Of a DNA stretch of 64,000 nt, positions 18,023 through 27,007 are shown one piece after another. Where the stretch lies: positions 192,001 through 256,000 of the forward strand of contig JAUVNS010000006.1 in NCBI GenBank assembly GCA_030599585.1. The letters run 5' to 3'. A program made the translations under genes and the position numbers. Origin of the DNA: Promethearchaeota archaeon (GTDB taxonomy: Archaea; Asgardarchaeota; Lokiarchaeia; Sigyniarchaeales; SOKP01). The notes under the pieces were generated by a model. That model did no database searches and was not told where the DNA came from. It worked only from the letters and a program-made list of their open reading frames with translations. How positions within the stretch are numbered: the first letter of the stretch is position 1; each line of letters opens with the position of its first letter.

Positions 18023-18961
18023 CTATTTAGAATAATGTTCTGATTCAGGATGTACTTCTTGTATAAATTTAAAATCAAAAATATCACTGCTTCTAAGATT
18101 TTCTTTAATATAGCCCAAATCTTTGAGTGTCCTCACGAATTCCATTGTGGATTTAACATATCCTTCTGAAAGAGCTATACAATATTTAGGTGAAATTTCT
18201 AAGACTGCTGAAACATAATTTTGAGTCAAGATCTCAAAAGTGGTTGATATAATTTCAGCAGCTCTGGTGGGAGATTCCCTAAGCATTAAAGAAGCGATCT
18301 TATTGTGATTTAAGAATTTTAATACTATTTCAGGCTCTTTTTCTATAATATCCTCATGAAAGAAGATTCCATAACTTGGATTATTCTTCCATAGAACTTC
18401 TGGAGGGATGATCAAGTGAGAATCAAAAATTGTTGAAGCGAAAACCGCTAAAGCTGGAGTTCCAACACCTCCTTCCAAAATTCCTTTTTGCATATCTGTA
18501 GCGATAAATTCTGCCTGTTTATAATGTTTTACTTCAACATCATCTAATAAATTATATTTTTTTAAATAAAAATTAAGAATTACATCATGGATCGATCCTT
18601 TACTTGGAACTCCAATAGTATATCCTTTAAATTGAGTAAAAGCTTCTGAGAGATCATTATTGAGGTAAGACATTGTTTTATATGCTTTGCTAGCTACCAT
18701 AATAGTCCCTTCTATGTGACCTCCCGCTACACACTTGATTGGAGCCCCCTTATCAATACCAATAATTGCAGGGGGTAATCCCATATAGCCAATATCTAAC
18801 TTCTTATTTTGAAATGCCTTAACCATTGCTGGACCTGTACCAAACAATTTCCATCGAAGATCTAGATTAAAATCATTAGTTAAGTCTTTTTTTCCCATTA
18901 ATATGAAATTCGCATGGTAGGCTGTAGAGAGATGCCCTATCCTTAATTTATTTTTTCTAAT
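18023..18961 (-). CDS. NMT1/SsuA/TauA-type substrate-binding-fold protein with no signal peptide; probable start upstream of the track ATG (18898), at ATT 18961
   Basis: FGTGPAMVKAF...DIGYMGLPPAIIGI...CVAGGHIEGT, IGVPSKGSIHDV. The in-frame extension IRKNKLRIGHLSTAYHANFIL supplies the family's first beta strand (LRIGxL). Confidence 0.8.
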   Translation of the reverse strand: MRKNKLRIGHLSTAYHANFILMGKKDLTNDFNLDLRWKLFGTGPAMVKAFQNKKLDIGYMGLPPAIIGIDKGAPIKCVAGGHIEGTIMVASKAYKTMSYLNNDLSEAFTQFKGYTIGVPSKGSIHDVILNFYLKKYNLLDDVEVKHYKQAEFIATDMQKGILEGGVGTPALAVFASTIFDSHLIIPPEVLWKNNPSYGIFFHEDIIEKEPEIVLKFLNHNKIASLMLRESPTRAAEIISTTFEILTQNYVSAVLEISPKYCIALSEGYVKSTMEFVRTLKDLGYIKENLRSSDIFDFKFIQEVHPESEHYSK

Positions 18962-19102
18962 TTAGAACACCGATTTGATTAATATGTAATCGCACTAAGA
19001 ATATTATATTTTCAATTTATAACCAAAATAATTAATTTATTATAATTTTTTTATGTTAATGAATATAATATTAATACTATAAAAAAAACTAACATTATCC
19101 AG

Positions 19103-19390
19103 ATGATTGATGTAAAAATAAATTTCTTATCGTTATTAGCGGATATAACTAAAATTAAAGAATTAAATATGTCAGTTCAAGACGACTCTACAATTAAAGA
19201 GATTTTAGAAAGACTAATTTCTAAATTTGGAAAGGATTTCGAAAGAAAGATATTAGATTCCCCGGATTCTTTAAGTAAATACATAATTTTAGGTTTAAAC
19301 GGTAAGGATATTCGTACACTTGAAAATTTAGATACAGTTGTCAGTCATCACGACGAAATCTTGCTTTTACCAGCAATAGCTGGAGGATAA
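19103..19390 (+). CDS. MoaD/ThiS/SAMP-type ubiquitin-like sulfur carrier
   Basis: Beta-grasp pattern VKINF...LNGKDI...DEILLLPAIAGG; ends in diglycine. Confidence 0.93.
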   Translation: MIDVKINFLSLLADITKIKELNMSVQDDSTIKEILERLISKFGKDFERKILDSPDSLSKYIILGLNGKDIRTLENLDTVVSHHDEILLLPAIAGG

Positions 19391-19446
19391 ATAGAATCTG
19401 GTTAAGAGAGTATCTCACTTTTTGTTATCCTACATTTAATATCGAA

Positions 19447-20484
19447 CTATAGAAGGTAGGGTATTAAAAATTCTTGAGTTGCTTTTTCCACGGTTAAATG
19501 CTCATTTAGGAGATTAGATTCTCTACCATATATCACTTCTCCTCGCGGTTTTAAAGCATCTGAATATCTCAATGTCAATCTCGCAGCAAATTTTATTACG
19601 GCCGCTTCAATATTCCCCTGAATAAGTGTTATTGGTCCCTTTACATTGGAAGCTTCCATTACAATTTCATCTGTTCCCTTTAGATGAACTAAAAAATTAT
19701 TCTCTATCTCATTTCTTCCCACAATAATTTTAGCTCCATTAAATCTGAAGTGTCTACCATACTTTAGAAGTTTTACTCCTTCCATAGTAGGATTTTTACT
19801 AAATTTAAGATAATCTCTCATTCTGTTAGCAAATTCTTTTTCTGTAAGGAGACATCCTCCACATGCATTGTATTCGTTTAAAATTCCATGAGTTCTCGCG
19901 AGTTCTAACTGCTTTTTTCTACTCCTCCCTTGAATCCCTAATAGCTTTGATCTATCTATTAAGCCTTTTTCTTCTAAAATAGTTGGTTTTAACATTAGAG
20001 CAGATAAAGGCCTAAGCAATTTTCCTTTAAGATTTGATTCTTCCTCGATTATTCTTAACGCTTTAAGATTTTGAGACTTAGGTCTTTGATCTATGACTTC
20101 GCCAGTAAAAATGAAATCAGCATTAATTTTTTCAGCGAATAATTTTGCCTTCTTTAAAATGTAAATCCTACAATCAATACACGGATTCAAATTTTTTCCG
20201 TAGCCAAATTTAGGATTTCGAATTATTTCTAGGTAATCATCTTCTTTTTGTAGAAAATAGGTTTTTATTCCTAACTTATCGTAATAGAGATTTAATCCGC
20301 ATTCTGCGTTTTTATACGCCTTATCACAGATGCAAAACGGAGATTTAAAATTTAATCCAATCACTTCAATATTCTGTAACTTTAAAACCAAACAAGCAAT
20401 TAAACTATCTAAACCACCAGAAATCAGACCCAAACCAATAGGGGGATTATTTTTAATATCGTTCAAGATTTTGTTCACTGTCAT
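19447..20484 (-). CDS. PP-loop tRNA thiouridylase (ThiI/MnmA-like) with a C-terminal DUF814/NFACT-R-like domain
   Basis: SGGLDS PP-loop, GYGKNLNPCIDC, TGEVIDQRPKSQ, LRPLSA, GGCLLT, GRHFR...IIVGRNEIEN. Confidence 0.85.
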   Translation of the reverse strand: MTVNKILNDIKNNPPIGLGLISGGLDSLIACLVLKLQNIEVIGLNFKSPFCICDKAYKNAECGLNLYYDKLGIKTYFLQKEDDYLEIIRNPKFGYGKNLNPCIDCRIYILKKAKLFAEKINADFIFTGEVIDQRPKSQNLKALRIIEEESNLKGKLLRPLSALMLKPTILEEKGLIDRSKLLGIQGRSRKKQLELARTHGILNEYNACGGCLLTEKEFANRMRDYLKFSKNPTMEGVKLLKYGRHFRFNGAKIIVGRNEIENNFLVHLKGTDEIVMEASNVKGPITLIQGNIEAAVIKFAARLTLRYSDALKPRGEVIYGRESNLLNEHLTVEKATQEFLIPYLL

Positions 20485-20748
20485 TCATAGCTTTTTCAAT
20501 ATCATTATCCATTCCGGTCTATCAGAATCGTGTTCCTTTATTTCTAATAATTCAGCAATATTTTGTCTTCTACAATTTTCGGGAACATTCTTGAGAGCCG
20601 CAGGGAAATCTAAATATACTTCTAGTATCTTACCCTTCTTTAGTTTTTCTAGCGCTAATTTAGTGTAAACAAATGTTAATGGACAAACTTTACCTCGAAT
20701 ATCTAATTGAGTGCTTTTTTTATAATACGGTTTATTTATACTAGTCAT
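20485..20748 (-). CDS. tusA: TusA/SirA-family sulfur carrier
   Basis: LDIRGKVCPLTFVYTKLALEKL..G.ILEV.LD...A..NVP; the ATG at 20748 overlapping the E1 gene stop is the likely start. Confidence 0.88.
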   Translation of the reverse strand: MTSINKPYYKKSTQLDIRGKVCPLTFVYTKLALEKLKKGKILEVYLDFPAALKNVPENCRRQNIAELLEIKEHDSDRPEWIMILKKL

Positions 20749-21550
20749 TACAACCATCAAAGCCCCCATAATTTGATTCTTTAACTAAATCCTTAGCATC
20801 ATCCCCACAAGCCATGCATTTGTTATCTCTGTGTACCTCGATAGAATCAAAACTGTTTCTTAAAAGATCAACATACATTATTTGATTTGTTAGTAAATCG
20901 CCTATATTTAGTAAGCATTTCAGCGCTTCATTGGCTTCCAAGCAACCTAAAACTCCCGGAACGAAACCAATTACTCCCGCCTGAGAACACGACATACTTG
21001 AATCCCCCTCGGTAATATCACCGAACACGCACCTATAACACGAAGTCTTCTTTTCTGGAACAACAGTCATAATTTGTCCGTGGAATCTCAATACACCCGC
21101 AATCGTGAAAGGGATTTTTAAACTAATACATGTATCGTTTATAAGCATTTTGGTCGGAAGGTTATCAGAGCCTTCAATAACAAAATCCGAGTCTTTGAGT
21201 AATTCTTTTGAGTTTCTAGGCGTAATCGTATCGTTGATTATTTCAAGAGTACAATCGGGATTTAAAGAATTTAGTTTTTCTGAGGCACTCATAGTTTTCT
21301 TACTGTCAATATCCTTCGTAAAATGAAGTATTTGCCTATGTAAATTTGATATTTCAACAGTGTCGAAGTCTATTATTTGTAGAGTTCCAACACCCGCAGC
21401 AGCTAAATAGTAAGCCGCAGAGGATCCGAGAGCACCCAATCCGATTAACGAAACTTTGGAATTCAAAAGCTTCTTTTGTCCTATTCCTCCAACTTCCTTT
21501 AGCACAATCTGCCGTGAATACCTATTAATTTGTTCTTCAGTTAAATCCAT
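20741..21550 (-). CDS. ThiF/MoeB/UbaA-family E1-like adenylyltransferase
   Basis: RYSRQI, GQKKL, GLGALGS, DFDTVEISNLHRQ, Zn motifs CYRC and CMAC, catalytic-loop Cys in SCSQAGV. Confidence 0.93.
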   Translation of the reverse strand: MDLTEEQINRYSRQIVLKEVGGIGQKKLLNSKVSLIGLGALGSSAAYYLAAAGVGTLQIIDFDTVEISNLHRQILHFTKDIDSKKTMSASEKLNSLNPDCTLEIINDTITPRNSKELLKDSDFVIEGSDNLPTKMLINDTCISLKIPFTIAGVLRFHGQIMTVVPEKKTSCYRCVFGDITEGDSSMSCSQAGVIGFVPGVLGCLEANEALKCLLNIGDLLTNQIMYVDLLRNSFDSIEVHRDNKCMACGDDAKDLVKESNYGGFDGCND

Positions 21551-21835
21551 TTGTGTTCATCTAAAAAAAATATCTAAGAGTCAAAATGTTTATGATTATA
21601 TTTAAAAAAAACTGCAATTATTACATTATTATTTATGGTAATTATACTATCTCGAAAAAATTAGCATGCTGTATGTACACCTCCAAGTATACAGAGGACC
21701 TGTATGTTCAGATAACCCTCTTAACTATTTATTCGTCTTTTTTGCTTAAACATAAGTTTAAATTAGCCGTACAGATTATTTAATTATATGAAAATTATGA
21801 TTAAAAATGCTCACATAATTAACTGGGTTTAGATA

Positions 21836-24673
21836 ATGGAAGTATTCTTAAAAAGAGCTGAAGGTTCTTTTAGAAAAAAAATAGGTGAAAACAAAACAAC
21901 CTCTATTTTAAACAATATAAAAAAATCTATCAACGAAATTCCAGCAAAATTCAGAAGAGTTTTTGCTTCAGAAATACCAAGATTCTTATTCACCTACTCA
22001 CAAGAGATTGAGGATGTATCACCAGCGATTACTCAGGGTGTTTTGATTCATATTTTCATATTTGCAGAGTCATTGAAATCTCTTGTTAATATGGATAGAA
22101 ATCAAGTAAATCATATGTTAATAAAAAGAAGTAATAGTTCAATGCGAAATCTTTCTGATTTATTAAATGCATTTGTCGAAAGAGCAAAAAATGGTGCTGA
22201 GATAGAGAATCTCGAAACATTTGAAGATTTATTGACATATATGGTTGGTGGAAATGCAGAGATAACTCAGTTAAGTGATGTTGAGTTGTTTATTAAGCGT
22301 GCTGAAAAAAATTTTTCAGAAAAATTAGGAGAAGATAAATCCCAAAAATACTCAGTAAAAATAAAGAAATCATTTGAAGAAATAGATGCATCTCATCGGG
22401 ATTATCTGAGCTCTGAAGTGTCAAAATATTTACTTACATTTTCACAACACCTTGATAGGTTATCGAATGAAACTTTAGAAGAAATATTAACTAATAGTTT
22501 AGTATTTTTAAGTTCAATAACAGATTTAGATGGAAAAAATAGAGATCAAATTAATCAAGAAATAAGAAAAAGAAGTGATAATGAAAGAGGATCTTTGCTA
22601 GATTTATTCAAAGCTTCTATTAAGGAAGCTAAAGAAAATAATTTATTAAATAATAGCAAAAATTTTAAAGATATTTTAACTTGTTTATTTGGAGAAGAGG
22701 AAGAACGTGTTCAATTTACAGATGTGGCAGCTTTTTTAAAAAGAACAGAAAAAAAGTATTCGCTTATTCTTGGACAAGATATGATTCGAATGCTTATGGA
22801 GGAACTATTAGATGCGTTTGATCAAATACCAGAACATCATAGAGCGTATCTTGGTTCGGATATAGCAAAATATTTATTTAAATATTCAGAAACAGCTTCA
22901 TATCATGAACCAGAAAAAGTTGAATTAGTATTTAATGGAGCTATCATGTTCGCCAATTCTTTAGTAGATATTGGTGATTTAAATAAAGCAGAGATTAATC
23001 AATTCATTATAAACAGATCTAATCATAAAATCCGTGGATTATTTGATTTATATCTAGCATTTCTGAAAAAAATTGAAATTCGTATGCCTTTTTCTTTAGT
23101 GCCCAATTTTGATGAAATTCTTGTTCATACGCTAGGGAGATATAGTGGTCCCAAAGATTTGGAACAAGGAGGGTTAATTCATGATTTATTGTCAGATCAT
23201 CATGAAGAAATTCCATTAGCGATCGAGCACTCAAATTGGGCTAAGGCTTTAATTGAAATAATCCCTCGTTATTTAGATATTCTTCCAAAGGCTGAAGGAG
23301 ATCGAGTATTAGACTTTTTATGGGAAAATAAATTTCCAGAGGAACAAATCGTCGAAAAATATAGATTAAAAATTTCTGAAATGCCAAGAGAAAAAGAAAA
23401 AAGATTCATGTTTAGATTAATGAATATGTTAACAAATCAAATTTTAATTGATATGGAGAAAGATAAAGTATTAGCAGGAGCTTTGGCTCTTAGAATCCTT
23501 GGAGGGATATTTGTAGAAATTTTTGGTGGACGGAATGCTCAAATAAGAGCAATTCGACTCAATCAATTATTAAAAGATAGAAAAGTTTCAAATATCGAAA
23601 ATAAGAAGAAAATTGATGAGCACATTAATAGAATACTTGAAGAAGATTTGAAGGCTATTCAAAAAAGAACTATGACAATAAACACTTTAATTCCTATATT
23701 AAGTAAAAAAAGATATTTTATTAAAACATACGATATCGTTACTAAAGATTTCCCAGAATTTATTGTAAAAATGATAACTGTTCGAGAGGAAGATAAGTTA
23801 AAGGATGTTGGTGATGAATATAAAAACCCAAGTGTTACAGGGGAGCTTATACCTCTTGTTAATAATTTTTTGATGGATCTTGATTTAGCAAGAAGATTTT
23901 ATAAAAAATATTTTGAAGAAATGTACAAAATAGCTTCTGATGCTCAAAAAAATATGTTATTTATTAGAAAATTCTTTAAATCATTAATAGAACTTAGTGA
24001 GAACATGGATGCTATTGAGTTTTTTGAAAGACCTATAGCAAATACAGAACATATAATTTATATTTCGTTATTAAAGTATTTGTTTGATTGTCTACCAGAG
24101 GTGTTTGAGATAACTCGAACCATTCTTGATGAACAAGAATATCAAAGAAGAATAATGAAATTAGATACTTATCTAAGTAATTGGAAATTAGAACAACTAA
24201 ATTTAGAAATTAGTGAAACTGAAAACAAAATTAAGGAATATGAAGGAATGGAAGAGTGGGATACAACAGATAAGTTAAGAAATTTAACTAAATTTCTTAA
24301 TCGGGATAAAAATGAGCTCAAATTCTATAAAATTATGTTTAAACTCCTTAATGAGATAGAGAAAAACGATAGAATTTTAAAAAAAAGATTAGATTTTTCG
24401 AAAAGTTTTTTGGAATATTCTAAATCATTAAAAAAGGTACATCCAAATCTTCCAGCAGCTTTACATGACTACTTAGAAAATTTTAATAATTTCACTATAG
24501 AAATAGATAAAATCATTGAAGAATTAAAAAAGAAAAGCACATCTGGTATTATCTCCCCTTTTGATTTTAGAGAGAGATATGAAATAGCAGAAATGTCAAA
24601 AAAAGAGTTATTATCCCTCTGTTCAAATGAAGATTTTATGAATCACATTAAATCCTTGTTGGAATTTCATTGA
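21836..24673 (+). CDS. Large all-helical hypothetical protein with three N-terminal repeats of ~148 aa and a C-terminal coiled-coil region
   Basis: Repeat heads EVFLKRAEGSF, ELFIKRAEKNF and AAFLKRTEKKY at ~21836, 22277 and 22721, each followed by SE/DI.(R/K)(F/Y)L..(Y/F)S and Q(V/I)N..(L/I)..RS. Confidence 0.8.
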   Translation: MEVFLKRAEGSFRKKIGENKTTSILNNIKKSINEIPAKFRRVFASEIPRFLFTYSQEIEDVSPAITQGVLIHIFIFAESLKSLVNMDRNQVNHMLIKRSNSSMRNLSDLLNAFVERAKNGAEIENLETFEDLLTYMVGGNAEITQLSDVELFIKRAEKNFSEKLGEDKSQKYSVKIKKSFEEIDASHRDYLSSEVSKYLLTFSQHLDRLSNETLEEILTNSLVFLSSITDLDGKNRDQINQEIRKRSDNERGSLLDLFKASIKEAKENNLLNNSKNFKDILTCLFGEEEERVQFTDVAAFLKRTEKKYSLILGQDMIRMLMEELLDAFDQIPEHHRAYLGSDIAKYLFKYSETASYHEPEKVELVFNGAIMFANSLVDIGDLNKAEINQFIINRSNHKIRGLFDLYLAFLKKIEIRMPFSLVPNFDEILVHTLGRYSGPKDLEQGGLIHDLLSDHHEEIPLAIEHSNWAKALIEIIPRYLDILPKAEGDRVLDFLWENKFPEEQIVEKYRLKISEMPREKEKRFMFRLMNMLTNQILIDMEKDKVLAGALALRILGGIFVEIFGGRNAQIRAIRLNQLLKDRKVSNIENKKKIDEHINRILEEDLKAIQKRTMTINTLIPILSKKRYFIKTYDIVTKDFPEFIVKMITVREEDKLKDVGDEYKNPSVTGELIPLVNNFLMDLDLARRFYKKYFEEMYKIASDAQKNMLFIRKFFKSLIELSENMDAIEFFERPIANTEHIIYISLLKYLFDCLPEVFEITRTILDEQEYQRRIMKLDTYLSNWKLEQLNLEISETENKIKEYEGMEEWDTTDKLRNLTKFLNRDKNELKFYKIMFKLLNEIEKNDRILKKRLDFSKSFLEYSKSLKKVHPNLPAALHDYLENFNNFTIEIDKIIEELKKKSTSGIISPFDFRERYEIAEMSKKELLSLCSNEDFMNHIKSLLEFH

Positions 24674-24674
24674 A

Positions 24675-25220
24675 CTATTTTCTTACCAATACTCCAATTT
24701 TCCCCCCAATTTTTTGCCTTGAGTTGCCTTCCGCTACATCAAATACATTTTCGTCAATGAGATCGTAAATTGAATGTTTTAGAGTAATTAAAGGTATTTT
24801 TTGAATTTCATTTATTTCAATTAACTCATCTATCGTAATAGATTCTCCTGGAGATATAAGAGACTTAATAAACTTCTTGATTTCAGCTAAATCTGTTGTA
24901 ACGGTTAAGATATCGCGGCCATTTTTTTTCATTACAGACACCTTCGATACGCTAATTTCTGACATCAAAAATTTGACCTGCTCTTCAATTAATTTAACTC
25001 TCCCTTTTAACTCTGAAATCACATCTTGGTTTGTCTTTTTCGGTGTGGATTTTTGCCCGTAATATTTTTGTACTAATCGATCAAGCCTCAGTTCTTCAAG
25101 ACCAGCGCTTTTGATTTTAGCAATCTTATCTGGTTTCTTATCTCTTTTGTTAAATTTGATTCCTATTTCCTTTGCCAATTTATCCAGTAAAGGAACGGTT
25201 AGATCGCTCACATTCGCCAT
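24675..25220 (-). CDS. Hypothetical nucleic-acid-binding protein (Rho-N/SAP-like helix-extension-helix, coiled coil, C-terminal wHTH-like region)
   Basis: LTVPLLDKLAKEIGIK...KKPDKIAKI; ISELKGRVKLIEEQV; GESITIDELIE...LKHSIYDLID. Confidence 0.6.
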   Translation of the reverse strand: MANVSDLTVPLLDKLAKEIGIKFNKRDKKPDKIAKIKSAGLEELRLDRLVQKYYGQKSTPKKTNQDVISELKGRVKLIEEQVKFLMSEISVSKVSVMKKNGRDILTVTTDLAEIKKFIKSLISPGESITIDELIEINEIQKIPLITLKHSIYDLIDENVFDVAEGNSRQKIGGKIGVLVRK

Positions 25221-25524
25221 ACTAATTCATCCATCAAAATTTGGTGTTAGTAATATAATCTGGGTTTAGGGAGTTATTATTTAAAATCAAATCTCATATA
25301 TAACTTTTTAATCTCGATTTTAAAACTTTGATTCTTAAATTAATAAAATTGCAAAGAGATCAAACAAAATCTATTTCTACAACTTTCTTATAATCAAATT
25401 TAACAAGATTTATTATTAATGGTTGTTACATCAAAGGTGAAGAGTATGGATATAGTGAAATACTCTTTAAGTTTCAAAAAATAAGTTGAACAATAAATAA
25501 TTAGTAATAAAATGTGTATTTGAA

Positions 25525-25776
25525 ATGGTAAAAGGAACCGTAAAATGGTTTGACTCTAGAAAAGGATATGGTTTCATAACTCGTGAAGATGGTTCTGGTG
25601 ATATTTTCGTCCATTTTTCCGCAATTAAAGGAGACGACGAAGAATTTAAAATCATCTATGAAGGAGATGTTGTGGAATTTGAAGTTACCGATGGTGCCAA
25701 AGGACCCCAAGCAACAGATTTAGTTGTAACGGAAAAAGGCCCCCGCCAGAGTTATAGATCTGAAAGTCGTTATTAA
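25525..25776 (+). CDS. csp: Cold-shock domain protein (CspA family)
   Basis: [16 protein letters not shown] (RNP1), DIFVHFSAI (RNP2), [16 protein letters not shown]. Confidence 0.95.
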   Translation: MVKGTVKWFDSRKGYGFITREDGSGDIFVHFSAIKGDDEEFKIIYEGDVVEFEVTDGAKGPQATDLVVTEKGPRQSYRSESRY

Positions 25777-25978
25777 AAATTAATGTATAATTAATTTAGA
25801 ACGTGTAAGAAAGAAATATTTTAGGAAATGTCAGAAAGATAGAAACGCATAAAATGCCCAATGGGAAGAGATTTTTACTTTTTATTAGTTTTGATTTTTC
25901 CCTTTTTTTTTATTTTTTAATTAATCATTAGGATAAAGTAAAATTATATATGACTAAACTTCTATTATTGAAAGTGAA

Positions 25979-27007
25979 ATGGTAATCCTTTTCGAATCCT
26001 TTGGCAATTTTACTACGGGACAAACCTCCTATATAGCACTTGTCTCAAAAAAGTCCAGGGGTACCATTACTTTAACAGAAAAAGAGTTTTTGTTTAAATC
26101 TGTAAAAGATAAAATTACATTCCACTTGAGAATTAGCGATATTCAAAATTTCGCTATGAAATCGAGATTTCAGCTTCCGACTATTGAACTATTAAGCATT
26201 CAAGGAATAATATATACATTTTATCCTCATAAGAAAGAAGGAAGTTCACTTGCAACCTCCAAGAAAGCTACTACAGATCTTTTTAGACAGTTGACAAGAT
26301 CGACATTCAAAAAAGAGAGTCCGATATTGTTCGAAACAATAGGTAGCTTTAGAGATTACGATTTGAAAGAAAAAGGGGTGTTATCAGAATCTCTAAGGGG
26401 TATGATATTTTTAAATGAAGATTATTTATCTTTTAAACCGTTTACAGAAAAATCTATTTATCAAATACCAATATTGAACATTCTTAAAATTATAATTGAC
26501 ACTTCAAATATCGGACCAGCAGTAAACGTTCAAACAAAAGAGGGTAAGTCTTACACTTTGATGGCACTCAAAAAACAATTAAAGATGTATGCTAAAGACA
26601 AGTCAAAAACCGGTAAACTTTACGAACTCTTAAACCAAGCTAAAATATATAAATCCTCTGAGCAAATCCGTCTAGAAAAGGATGAGCAGGAAAAAATTGA
26701 ACGGATAAAGTCGATGATGGAAGTTTCTAATCGTTTAAGACTTGACATGATTAGAGTTGCTTTAGACATGGATGAAAAATCATTCACTCAAAAGGTTTTC
26801 CAATGGGCTAAAGAATTTAACTTTTTAATCGACGGAGATTATTTGATTATTAACCAAGATACTGCTATGGAATTTATAGAAGACTTATCAGTGGGAGCGA
26901 ATATCTTATCGCGTAAGGGGTTAAAAATAAAATGTCGATTTTGTGAGAAGTTGATTGAATATGGCGCTAAAATATGTCCTCATTGTGGAAGGGACACAAC
27001 TAATTAG
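25979..27007 (+). CDS. Two PH/GRAM-like domains + winged-helix (PCI-like) + C-terminal zinc ribbon
   Basis: Repeated RGTITLTEKEFLFKS..IT.HLRISDI and RGMIFLNEDYLSFKP...YQIPILNI; wHTH-like RLRLDMIRVALDMDEKSF...IDGDYLII; CRFC...CPHCG. Confidence 0.6.
   Translation: MVILFESFGNFTTGQTSYIALVSKKSRGTITLTEKEFLFKSVKDKITFHLRISDIQNFAMKSRFQLPTIELLSIQGIIYTFYPHKKEGSSLATSKKATTDLFRQLTRSTFKKESPILFETIGSFRDYDLKEKGVLSESLRGMIFLNEDYLSFKPFTEKSIYQIPILNILKIIIDTSNIGPAVNVQTKEGKSYTLMALKKQLKMYAKDKSKTGKLYELLNQAKIYKSSEQIRLEKDEQEKIERIKSMMEVSNRLRLDMIRVALDMDEKSFTQKVFQWAKEFNFLIDGDYLIINQDTAMEFIEDLSVGANILSRKGLKIKCRFCEKLIEYGAKICPHCGRDTTN

Noticed and set aside
21586-21783. 65-aa ORF and a ctgtat...atacag inverted repeat in the intergenic region between the E1 gene and the 945-aa gene
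   Set aside because: No recognisable protein features; it sits in a divergent promoter region and the repeat is only 6 bp.
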